The notes under the pieces are model-generated. The model saw only the letters and a program-made list of their open reading frames with translations, ran no database searches and was not told where the DNA came from. Position numbers and translations under genes: made by a program. Shown here piece by piece: positions 12,311-24,419 of a stretch of 64,000 nucleotides of DNA. Position 1 is the stretch's first letter; every line of letters starts with the position of its first letter. Source of the DNA: Octopus sinensis (taxonomy: Eukaryota); NCBI RefSeq assembly GCF_006345805.1, contig NW_021832432.1, positions 310,001 to 374,000 on the forward strand, given 5' to 3'.

Positions 12311-13362
12311 CTTTTGACTTTTATGTATAGTGAATAGCTTTAGATAATATCTTTCCAGTTACTGTCCACATAATACCTCTTATAAGCTGTATCACAAACC
12401 AACACTGAAGGATGTATTTGTTCACTTTAAATAAATTGAAGCCAAATCCCCCTCAAATCACACCATTGCTTACTTAAGCTCTTCTCTTTGCTCTTTATGG
12501 AGCATAGGCTTTCTATGACTTTTCCCCACTATTCTCACCTCTGAGTTGTCAGAGCCACTTACTCAGTGTGGGTGAGGGGCACCATATTTTCCATGAGGGA
12601 AGGCCTTTCTCTCCCAGGTCTTGTTGGTTTTGAATTGTAATCAATGGTTCTGTAATCTGGCTTTTTTTGTGTAAGTGGGGCTGATGACTTTATTGCAAAC
12701 CTTTTTTGGGGTGGGGGGGTGGGGAAGGTGATCCTTATAAGTCTGGCCTCTATTATTTGATTTGTCTAGCATAGAAGGCCCTACTAGGAGCTTGTGATCT
12801 GTTGGCATAGCTCTCAGAGTGACTGAGGAACATAAGCCACCACACTGCAACAAGAACTAAACCTTGTGGTGGCAAATCATATCATACTGTCTTTAAAAAA
12901 AAAGTGTCAAGGGGGCACAACACATTTGATAATGTAATCCTAGATATACTATGTCTCAGAAAGAAAAAAACTAGATGGTCATGACTGGAATGCCTTTGGT
13001 CTTCAGATTTTACAATTAGGGTTGACCTATTAAACAGAAACAGTCTGTATCAAATTGACATTTGTAAGCTGTGTATAATAATTTTCCATCTCTTACTAGT
13101 GTCTGTTAATGTTTTAGTCATTGACTGTATCTATCTATCCAGTCAATGTCTGTGAGTCTTTCCCATCCAATTGATGGCATGAAGACTGTGGTTATCAGGA
13201 GAATTCCTGTCAGTTGAAGAAGGAATTCGAGTTGGAGTCATTTTGAAACATACTTATTCATTAGTACCAAGATCTGCCAACATATGGTTTGGTGATCATC
13301 TCTTTAAGTATCTTCATAACTCTGGTTTTTGTTTTTTTAATCCTAAATACTATATTATAAAT

Positions 13363-13437
<75 letters not shown>

Positions 13438-15409
13438 GTCTATGTAAATCTACATGCATTCATATGTGTAAAAAGATGCATAAACAATTCTATATCCCAT
13501 TTTTTGTGTTCCTTGCAAAGTCATTATCTTTTTATATTCCCATTTTGCTCAGATGCAACTATTTAAGAATACTTATTTCACCGAGTTAACAAGAGTTGAA
13601 ACAAACACGCATTAAACACACACACAGACACACACACACATACATACATACATACATGCATATGAAGGCTCTGTTTTCTAACTGCACATGTTTAGTGGTG
13701 AAAATGATGAAGAGAACCACTCATTAAGCACATATCACAGACATATTAGAATACCACCTCAACCTAAATGTTGTAACTTATGAATCAGCTGTAGGATTGG
13801 GTTTTAAATTACACTGCACACAAAGTATTGAATGACCTGACAAGCATTACCAATGCAAGGAGGGAGTTGGAGAAGGCACATAATTAAATTTACAGATTTA
13901 AATCTATAAAAAAAAAATGTCAGAGACACTGAACATTAATTGCTATTTTTTGTTTGTTTTTTATTTTTATTCACATTCTTCTTTTATCTTATCTTCTTCT
14001 TCACTATTACATTGTTATATTGCATCATCTGTCGTTTGACTCAAGAATGATGCCTCTGGGTGGTTTATTGTTGTTATTATTGTTGCACTGCAACTATATA
14101 TGTGATTATTGTTATTTTTGCTTCGCTGCCAATGTGGTGTTTTTCTTTTTCTTTTTTTTTTTTGTACTACCTCAGACTTAGCAACTGGGTTGGTTTTTTT
14201 TTTTTTTTTCAGGTCACACACATAGTCTAAGTGTGGAGTCATATTGTTTGTTTAGTTAGAAAGAACAATTTTGGCATTTGATATAGTTTTACCCCCTTTT
14301 TTTTTCCCTCCCCATCTCTCATTCTCTCCATCTCATCTGAATGAGATTTCCCTAGTATTTCCTAATTTTAAGACAAAAATGATGAGAAATGAAAAATAAA
14401 ATTTAAAAAATTTTTTTATATTTTGTGGGAAAATGTCTATGAGCCATTGTTAGAACAGAAGTGTTAACTTGATAAATGGAAGGGATTAAGAAAAATATTA
14501 TATTATGGAAGGTTTTTTTTTTTTTTGTTTCTTTGTTTTATTGGATTAGGGTTAGATTTCACTCTGATGATTAAAATTTGATTTTTGTTCCTCTTTGTTT
14601 CAAAGGATTTTGTTATTTTACCTTTCCCTCTCACTCATTAATCGAGTTAATTTGATAAACAGTTAAGTCTTTTCAAATCTTACGTGAAATGTATGGTGGA
14701 AATTTTAGAGCGAGTGATAGAAATTCCTTGTAAGCTTACAGCTTTGTTGGAAGTGTTCACTGTAAAGTCTCGTTAATAAATAAACAAGGTGTCATATATA
14801 TGATACTTTGTGGAATTAATGTTGTTCTTTCTCTCTCTTTTAATTCATGATTCTCATTCTCTCTCTCTCTCTCTTTCTCTCTCGTGCTCTCTGTGTTGAA
14901 ATCTTGACCTTCTCAACAACTGCACGTGTAATTGATTGTTGCAGCATGCATATAAACTAGCATGGAATCCGTTTCCGAAGCATGTATTCACTTCAGCATT
15001 GTGCTTGCATGTTTTCCTTCAAATTCTAATTGAAAATAATAATCTTTAATACATTCTTTTCTCTTTGATTCATTTGAATTTTTTTTTTCTTTTTCTTTTA
15101 AATTTCTATAGGCAGTTTAGCTGCAATTTTTTTTTTTTTTTTCTGCAAAAACAAATTTCGGTTTTAGTATTTGCCTAAATCTTTAGTTCTTACTGGCAAA
15201 TTTGTATTCTTACTTTACTTTAATTTCTTTTTTTATTTTATTTTCTATATCTTGTATTCATTCATATGCTTTCTTTATAATCTCTTTCTCTCTGAAATTC
15301 TTTCCTTTCTTTTGCCACATTCACACATACACAGATATGTACATAACAAACACAAGATTAATACATAACTCACACATACACATTCTTCATCTTAAGAAAC
15401 TGTAATTGA

Positions 15410-16640
15410 AATACATCTCATAGTGCTGCACCAGAAATCTTTCCCCCATTAGTTTTGTTAGATCCTTAATATCACAATGTGTGTCTTTGCCAACAACATC
15501 AATGCAGAAGTTTCCAAAATTTAACATTTGATATAGTGTGTTGTTAAGTATGATAGTAGTGGCCAGCAAAGCCTACTCTGTTTTGAGCAACAATAGTAGA
15601 GGTAGGAATAATGTATCCGAGTGCCTGTGTGGTAAGTAGCTTGCTTACCAACCACATGGTTCTGGGTTCAGTCCCACTGCGTGGAACCTTGAGCAAGTGT
15701 CTTCCACTATAGCCTTGGGCCTACCAAAGCCTTGTGAGTGGATTTGGTAGACAGAAACTGAAAGAAGCCCATCGTATATGGGTATGTGTGTGTGTATGTT
15801 TGTGTGTCTGTGTTTGTCCCCCCAACATTGCTTGGCAACCGATGCTGGTGTGTTTATGTCCCTGTAACTTAGCGGTTTGGCAAAAGAGACCGATAGAATA
15901 AGTACTAGGCATACAAAGAATAAGTCCTGGGGTCGATTTGCTCGACTAAAGGCGGTACTCAGCATGGTCGCAGTCAAATGACTGAAACAAGTAAAAGAGT
16001 AAAATCTCTCTGGTCTTGTGCTTATGCCATGAGATGTTTTTAAGCCATCATGAGAAGCATTGTATATGTATCTTGAAAGTGATCATGAAGCTTTTTTTTC
16101 TGTCCAAGTTTCAGCTTCATTGAAAAGAATGCTTCCTACACATGTTGGGAAGAAAGCAAATCTTGCTCACTTCGGAATACATATATTACCATTAGATGGT
16201 TTGGAACTTGTTACAGGCTCTTCAGGTTGCTCCCCTGTGTATAAGGAAATCTTTCTAACTGTCAGCAACATAGGAGTCAAAGTATTTGAAAGCACTAACT
16301 TCTCTGAACTGTGTGCCTTCATTGCAACAAATTGGCTGGTGGCTTTCATCTTCATTGATGGTCATGCATTCAATTTTCTTTATATTGAGAGACAGACTGA
16401 CTTTGGTTGCAGTATTCTCAAGGGAGGCTAGCATGTCTTACACATATGTAACTTCCTTGCGCTTCTGTCATCAGGTTAACAAATGACCTGTTGTAACTTG
16501 ACAAGCACTTGCCACTCTGATTGATCTTGATCACTTCTCAGCTGGTAGTAAATGGGTTGTTTTATGTTATTAGCTCATTGTTTATGTGATCTTCTACACC
16601 AACGAATCCTTGGGGTACTACCAAATATGATGGTTCATTA
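15410..16640 (-). pseudogene. Degenerate RTE-like LINE fragment (RT C-terminus/thumb), interrupted by a SINE
   Basis: Minus-strand translation pieces LENTATKVSLSLNIKKIECMTIN, VSAFKYFDSYV, RACNKF, KNISWHKH, RVGFAGHY, IDVVGKDT; stops and frameshifts. Confidence 0.7.
15619..16003 (+). mobile_element. SINE family B (tRNA head, CORE-like block, central (TG)n); further + copies near 18045-18455, 21580-21740, 33057-33400, 37608-37997, 41155-41495
   Basis: tgtgtggtaagtagcttgcttaccaaccacatggttctgggttcagtccca..accttgagcaagtgtctt..cagcatggtcgcagtcaaatgactgaaacaagtaaaaga. Confidence 0.85.
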
Positions 16641-18819
16641 AGGGCTATTGAGAGGCTGATGGTAAATATTGTTAAAATCTAATGTAAATATCAGATTTGT
16701 GGGTCATCCAGAGCATATCTTACAATGTTTCAAAATACCGTAGTGTTTTATATTATAACATATCTTAATGATGTAATAAAAATACCCTCTGATCACTGTG
16801 GTAATGACGACGACAACACTGATGGTGATGACAATGATGATGATAGTTTTGATGTGCATATGAAGCTAAAATGATGATGATAATGCTGCTGCTAGTTTAG
16901 TGTTATATATAATAACATACTTTAGTGTTTATAATAGAAACTCCCTCTATTACAATGGTGGTAATGTTTATGTACATAAGATACTGTACATAAGGTACTC
17001 TACAAATATAAACTGTAAAGTAAATGTTTAAAATTTTTTTTATACCTAGCTTAGTCAGAGGAGGAAGGGCTGTGCTCATGGCCGTTTTTCAGGACCACTA
17101 GGACTGGTGGGTTGGAAGAAAATTGTTTCTCTTCAGACCAGAAATCTAGCCCCAAATGCTTCCTACAGAATGCACTCTGTCAATGGCACTCAACGACCAA
17201 ATGGTAGTAGCATTAAACTGGGTGACAGATTAAGTCTAACACATAAGAACATGAACAGTCTCTTAAACAAGCTCACATAATCTCTGTCTTAGAATAAAAC
17301 TTTTAAACTTCTGAAACTAATTGTAGAAGCATAAATACATTTTATAAGCTATTGCTTCAGTATTTGCTAGAGCAGAAAAAGAATTAGTTTAGCCTCATGA
17401 AAGAAATAATAATAATCTTATAGTTACAGAGAATAAAATAACTTCCTAATGACACAGGGGAATCACAATTCTCAGTACCAGATGCAGGGGTCTCAGGTGG
17501 GTGTTCATTCCATAAATAGATCAAATTGATTTCTGCATAAACCTATAGCAGCTTATAAAAGCAGTAGCGGTGTTTATCTGTGATATATCCCGAATGTCAG
17601 TAAGGTGTGAAAATAGGTGGTAGAAGCCATATGGAAGGTATTTATTAGAATATATAAAAAAAAAATCTATTGTTACTTGAGAACATTATGTAGACCATGA
17701 GAAATAATATTTCCAAATATCTATCCTGTTTTAGAATAGCTTTGAAATTGGTAGAGAGCCAGTACATTTATGGCATCTTGTTCCAATACCGCAGTGTTTT
17801 GAATTTACATCTTGTCTGGGTTAATTACTTTTTATTATTTCCAGAGCTGTTTATAAAATGTGTACTAATAATACTAGCAATAAGCTAGTGTTAATTCAAT
17901 TGAATAAGTCTCCACCAACCCTACAAAATTTGCCCTATAATAAAAAGAAATTATTATAGAAATGTACAATGAGCTTGTGCTATTTTCTTGGTGGCAATTG
18001 GAAAACTGAAGCAACAATAAAAATTGATTATTCTGTATTATATATACAGGCACAAGTATGAATGTGTGGTAAGAAACTTGCTTACTAACCACATGGTTCC
18101 AGGTTCAGTCCTGATGTGTGACACCTTGGGCAAGAGTCTTCTACTATAGCCTTGGGCTGACCAGCACCTTGTGAATAAATATGGTACACAGAAACTGAAA
18201 GAAGACTATATACATGTGTGTGTCTTTGTGTTGCAGTTTGCTCCCCCCACTACCACCACCACTGCTTGATAACTGATGTTGTTGTGTTGACATCCCTGTA
18301 ACTAAGCAGTTCAGCAAAAAAGACTGATAAAATAAGTACCAGGCTTTAAAAAAAAAAGCACTGGAGTTAATTCATTCAACTAAAACTTCTTCAATGTAAT
18401 GCCCCAGCATGGCCACAGTCTAATGACTGAAGCAAGTTAAAGATAAAAGATAAAAATATTATCTTTGCAAATTTGAACAAGTTCATACACAATGGAGAGA
18501 CAAGGGTCTTCGTTTCAAGCAAAGCCTTTTGTTGCAGAAAGAAATTATTTGAAATGTTTATGGTAACATTGAAAATAGATTTTTTCTTTGTTCCTCTCCA
18601 ATGGACCCTCTCTCTGCAACATTCAAACTATTCATATTTTTGAATGATGTTCACCAACAAGGACCACTATTAGTTTTCTCAAACTCTGAGTTGTATAATA
18701 AATTATATACTAACTTCAATATCTTTTGACAGTTTCTCAAAGTGGTTTGAAGGAGAAAATGAGCAGTGCATTCATTTATCATGTATGGTCATAGAACTGG
18801 TTCTAAAATAAATAATGGC

Positions 18820-19215
18820 ATCAAATTTTGGCACAAGGGTAGCAATTTTAGTGTAGGGTTAAGTTGATTACATTGACCCCAGTGCTCAACTGGTACTTAT
18901 TTTATCAACCCTGAAAGGATGAAAAACCAAGTCAACCTAGGCACTTAGCGATATTTCGTCTGTCGTTAGGTCCTGAGTTCAAATTCCGCCGAAGTCGACT
19001 TTGCCTTTCATCCTTTCTGGGTCGATAAATTAAGTACCAGTTACGCACTGGGGTCGATGTAATCGACTTAATCCCTTTGTCTGTCCTTGTTTGTCCCCTC
19101 TATGTTTAGCTCCTTGTGGGCAATAAAGAAATAAGAATTTGAACTCAGAATATAAAGAGCCAAGAGCCAGAATAAATGCTACTGTGTGCCAGCCATTCTA
19201 CTAATTTTCTGCCTT
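18820..19215. mobile_element. Minus-strand family A SINE split by a younger 5'-truncated plus-strand family A SINE (18944-19134)
   Basis: Old copy reads through gtcaacctaggca|..|gaatttgaactcagaa; insert ends ..gtgggcaataaagaaataa. Confidence 0.85.
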
Positions 19216-20398
19216 ACTTTTAGAATAAGGATGACAGAACCAGAATAGATTTCATGGAATAATTGAATAGCTCTTAAATTTATGAAAACAACTACAAACG
19301 GATCTAACTGCTTGATAATCTGACCATTACGAACCATACTTTGATTTTGATTTAGCTACAAAAGAGGAAGGAAGGGGTTCAGGCAGTATTTCCTAAGCTT
19401 GTCTGAAATCCTTCTATCTACTTTGGTAACTGAATCAAAATATGTTTTTTCTTAGTCACATTATTACTCAATTTGTAGTTCTTTTCATAAATTTAAGAGC
19501 TATTCAGTTATTGAGTATCTTCATTGATGAACTAGAAATAGAAAAATAAATGTTAAAATAAACTATTAAAGGCTAGGATAAATAATTATGTGCTTTATAT
19601 ATTTTGATAATTAATTATGGGATTTATATATTTTAATAATTAATTATGGGATTTATATATTTTAGTAATTAAAGTCACCATCATCATCATCACTATCAGT
19701 GACATCATTATTTTTATATCCACTCTTCTGTGCTGTCATGGAATGGACAGGACATTTCAGGCAATGGTTTTACAGTTGGCCATTCTTCCTGACAACAACC
19801 TTTTTCAGTCATCTCTTACAGTATGCAAGGTTACCGTGTACCTTATCTACACAAAGTGTAAATTATAATAACAACTTGTGGGGTGTGGTCACTAGTTTTA
19901 GTGTTTTCAGTGTAATTAACAAAACATTGTTCTCACACAAATATTGGAAACTATTTAGCAAAAGTAAATGTCAGTTCCTTGAACAACAAAAAATAGACCA
20001 CACTAATCTAGAGAATGTTATTTCCGTAAGATTTTAGTTCATGATGCTATTAATATAGAGATCTACAGATTATGGTTGTTTAGTTATGAAAAAAAAAGCT
20101 TATTGGTGTCAATATTATTCTCCTGATGAGTTTCAGTACAAATGTGAGTGAATGTGTGTGTGTGTGTGATTAGTGGTGGAGTTGTTGATTTAATAACCTT
20201 CAGATTCTCCCACATAAAACTGCAGCAGTAGTAAGTCTAAGAATTCTTTGCTTTGCATTAAAATATCTCCCAATGATTCAGGTTTTTCTCTGGGTGTGTC
20301 ATTTTGGTAAAAGTTCAAGTTTGTATCAACAGACACATCTAGACATAGGGAATTTAATGGAACCTGTATAGAGATATTTCTTTGTGTTTATGTATATC

Positions 20399-20463
<65 letters not shown>

Positions 20464-21194
20464 ATATTATATATATATATATATATATAGATATATATAT
20501 ATATATATGCATTTTAAGTTTCCTAGCTTTAATTTATCACCACCTCTTTTAAAATTGGAACAGTTTTCATTTTTGCAGATAAATTCACGAGGAAAAGTAG
20601 TAATTTCTTCATAGAGTAATTATCATAATTATTTTTATTGTTATCAATGGATTTTTTTATTTTCTATTTCTCCTTACCTGAATTCCATTACAAAATGTGA
20701 TTGATGCAACAACTTCATTCATAACTTGGAAGTATTTCAAAGTTGTTACAAAATTTACTGTAGCTGAAAGCTCTTGTTCAGAGCTTCCACTCAACCATGA
20801 AATGATGGGCGTATATGTATACAGTCACATACATGCAGACATACACACATATCGTAGTAAATGTATGTATAGGTGTATATGTGTATACACTCTCTTACTC
20901 CCCAGATACACATATAAATGAAGATGTAGACATACTATTATCAGGGATACGGTTAGATTGAATAATTGGTGTCTGTGGAGAGAACAATAAAATAGCTAGG
21001 TTTAGGTGATGGATATAAAGATAATCTTAACCATTTGATAAATAGGTATTGATAATATAAATACCAGAGTAATGGAGTCAATATGATTTAAGGTTGTATA
21101 ACTACTGCCCAATGACTGAAAATAGTAAAATAACAAAAACTGAGTGGTAGAAAGAGCTGAACAATGTACTAAGAGTGTTTCAGTCATCTATGTT

Positions 21195-21580
21195 CCTCCC
21201 AATAATGGTTGTGTCTCATATTAATTACAGAATTCATGTGGTACTGTTCCAGCCAGAGAATACCTTCTCTATTTAGGGTGTTCAATATTTCAGGCCAAAT
21301 TCCTCCCTTTTCAGTGGCCTTGCCACATTTGGGCACTTTAATTACCTATATGACTTCAGCCTCTGTGAAGTTAGCCTTTGTCCCTAGATGCACCTCATGT
21401 TTACCAGATTTTATTGTGGCCATATTTACTTAGAAGTAATTATTCTTCTGAGCAGTTCTGAGGTTGTTGGGGCTTACACCTTTAGCCAGTTGTAAAGAAG
21501 ATGTATTTGAGATTCTCAGCCATAGGCTTTTGTTTCTTGAAGCCTAGAAATATCAGTATTACTCACTTAAAATCGGTTTG
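21195..21580 (-). pseudogene. RTE-like LINE fragment, same family as 27690-29620
   Basis: agagaataccttctctattta..gccacatttgggcactttaat..tatgacttca.cctctgtg.agttag also present at 27961-28070. Confidence 0.65.
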
Positions 21581-22355
21581 TTTACATCCCCATAAATTAG
21601 AGGTTCAGCAAAAGAGACTGATAGAGTAAGTGCCAGACTTAAGAAAAGAAGTTCTGGGGTTGATTTATTCAATTGACCCTTCAAGGCATTGCCTCAGCAT
21701 GGCCGCAGTCCCATGTCTGAAACAAGTAAATGATAAAAGAGTTGCTTGTCATTCTCTCCATCAAAAATGCGATGAATGAGAGATTGACCAATTGGCAAGC
21801 TTTAACTAACAGCGGTGTTGTTTACTTAGGATAAAAAAAAGGAGAAAAACCATGTGAAGTAATGTCATTTCATTTTTTCCCTTCTCAAAATAAAGGACTT
21901 TGGTTTTAGTCTAAAGAAAGCAATACTTTAAGGATGTTATAATGTAGTGAATTAAGTGAGAAACCATTGAAGCATTAAGTACTTTTTTAAAAGAAAACAG
22001 TATTATGGAGATTGTAGATTGACTTGTCTCCTTTACTGCTCTTAATTTATTGATTCTAAAGGTATGAATGGAAGAGGTTTTGGTGCCACTGATATTCTTT
22101 GCAAATTCATAAGTCCTTCGGATTTTTATTAAAAGTAGTTAACAGCTAACATTTCAATAGTTAACTTAGAGTTTAATCTTTGCTTTATCCAAAAAGCAAT
22201 TTTTAGAGCCTCCCTACCAACATACATTACTCTTTCTGTCAGAGGTTTTCACAAAGCTGTAAAAAGCTAATTAACCTGGTAAAATCATTGGAATTCATAA
22301 ACAATTTTGAATTCAATGGGAAAATATTTTTTTATTTATTTGTGTGAATGGGGAA

Positions 22356-22403
<48 letters not shown>

Positions 22404-22860
22404 AGGGTGTGAATGGATGTGACTATCTAATGACAAGACTAATGTCTTCATACTAATCTGACTTTGAAGAAGTAAAGAATTTATGTAGAGGTACACGTTG
22501 GCACTACACACCAAACATAACATGAATAACTGTCATTTGGATGTAAAATAGCATAAACATTAATAGCTCTTCCAATCAAACTTCCTTCATATATCTGGAC
22601 AACACAATTCCCTCTTGTTCCTCCCTTTGCCTTTGTTCCTTGGCTTTCCTCTTTTTCGCTTCTCTTCCTATTTTCCCTTTTCTTTTTCCTTTCCTATGGT
22701 TCTTCCCTACCTACCTGCCTCCCTCCTTCCCTCCCTTCTTATTGTCCCTTCTTCCCTCGTTTCTGCTCCTCTACTTTAAACTGTATTTCCTACTATTTTC
22801 AAGCTACATGGTTTAAGTATGCATGAAGACAATGATCTGAGGCTTGTTTTTCTTGTCTAG

Positions 22861-23058
22861 GACAGCTCCTCTTCAGTAGCATCCCTCTCTTCTTATCTGA
22901 GAAGGTCACACGTCAATCTTTCCAAGAACACCAACAGCAGTTGGTTGAAAACATTGCATACTACTACCGGCCGAGGTCTGGCTGAGAGAAACAAGTGGGA
23001 GTGTTACGAGGAATCAAGTGTGCGGAAAATAAGCCAGGATTTGGGCAATTTTAATGAG
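22861..23058 (+). CDS. Fer: Candidate Fer linker exon C (DSSSSVASLSSYLRRSHVNLSKNTNSSWLKTLHTTTGRGLAERNKWECYEESSVRKISQDLGNFNE)
   Basis: ttgtttttcttgtctag|GAC...GAG|gtgaga; 198 nt, open, phase 0/0; compositionally complex island between long pyrimidine tracts; missed by the ORF track. Confidence 0.65.
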
Positions 23059-24419
23059 GTGAGATATGAGGAAGAGGCTTTGAGATAAAGAAAGATGGTT
23101 CATAAGAGATGGTGTCAAAGAACTGTTTTCTATTGTTTGTAACATTTCTGTTGTCTTTTATTCTATGAATGTCACCTAGACGCTTTGATTCTCTTTTCTT
23201 TATTCTCCATTCTGTTTTTTTTCTTTTTCTTTATCTATTCTTTCTTTCAACATCATTATGGATGCTACCACTAAACATTCTTAGTGAATTTCCATTTATA
23301 ATTCTTTCTTTATTTTTTAGAAACATTCTTTAAAATATTCAACTTGACTTTATTTTCTTTGGAATGATTTTTCTAAGCACTTCCTTTTCTCCCCTTCCCC
23401 TCTCTATCTTTTTCACTTTCTCTCTTTTTTCATCAATTTAGAATTTGATGCCTTTTGTGTTTTATTTCTCAAATTGTTAATTAGTGAGGGATTTTTTTTT
23501 AATATCACTGTTTGATTTATATATTTATTCTTTTTAATTTTTTTTGTTCTTCTTTGAAAAAGGATTTTCTCCCTTTAACATAGATTTTTTTTTTTTTGCA
23601 TCCTTAGCACTACACTTTGCCCCCTATTGTTTCATAAGATCCAAGACAATTCAGCTTCTCTGCATCTTCCACTTTGCTAGAAGTAATTCTCATTAAAATT
23701 TTTTAAAAGAGCAGGAAATTATGAATATCATAAGTACCAGAAATTCAAATTTGAGCAGTCAGTTCACTAAATAAACTTTGTGAAGACTATAAATTTCTGA
23801 AACAGATTGCATACTTAACTCTTAAGAATTTTCGTGTAAAACTGCAGTGAATTTGAAATTACAAGAAGCTGTCATAGACCCTTAATTTTTGTACCTAAGA
23901 ATAAGTTTATAGATTATATAGGCAGTAAATAGTTGAGTAGATTTTTTTTTCATAATAAGATAAACTTCAAATAGCTTTTATAACTTTGTTATATAACTAC
24001 TATTTTGTTATCCTAATAGATTTCAACATACTAAAAACATTTTATCATTTTTATTGTTGGCACTATCTGTTTTATTAGAAACAAACTGGTATAGTGACAA
24101 AAGCAGTGGAGTGCCAGACTGGATCAATTAAAGTACCTAATTTCATCTCAATTCACTCAGAGTTGCTATCTCAGCTGAGCTAACTTTGCTCTTCAGCTCT
24201 CCATATCCAATAATATATTAAAAGTTTTCACAACTACATAGCTAATGCCCTTCAAAAAAAAAAACATAAAAATCATTCTACCCTAATTTTCTCCTCCTTC
24301 TTAAAATTTGTGGCTTTGTACATCTTAGTAAGAAATCAATATTTTAATTAAATATTTATTCAATGTTTTTCATCTCGATTGTTGATATTGTTAGTAAAAT
24401 TGTTCTCTATTCTCTCCCA

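Noticed and set aside
14689-14735. ATG-initiated short frames ending at CCTT|gtaagc
   Set aside because: Phases 1 and 2 do not fit the phase-0 downstream Fer exons; could only be a non-coding first exon
17137-17280. Acceptor followed by an open frame TRNLAPNASYRMHSVNG..
   Set aside because: No phase-0 donor before the stop; no similarity recognised
17476-17496. 21-nt microexon candidate YQMQGSQ|gtgggt
   Set aside because: Good donor but weak acceptor; chance level in a 25-kb intron
20579-20599. 18/21-nt microexon candidate INSRGK(V)
   Set aside because: Good acceptor but very weak donors
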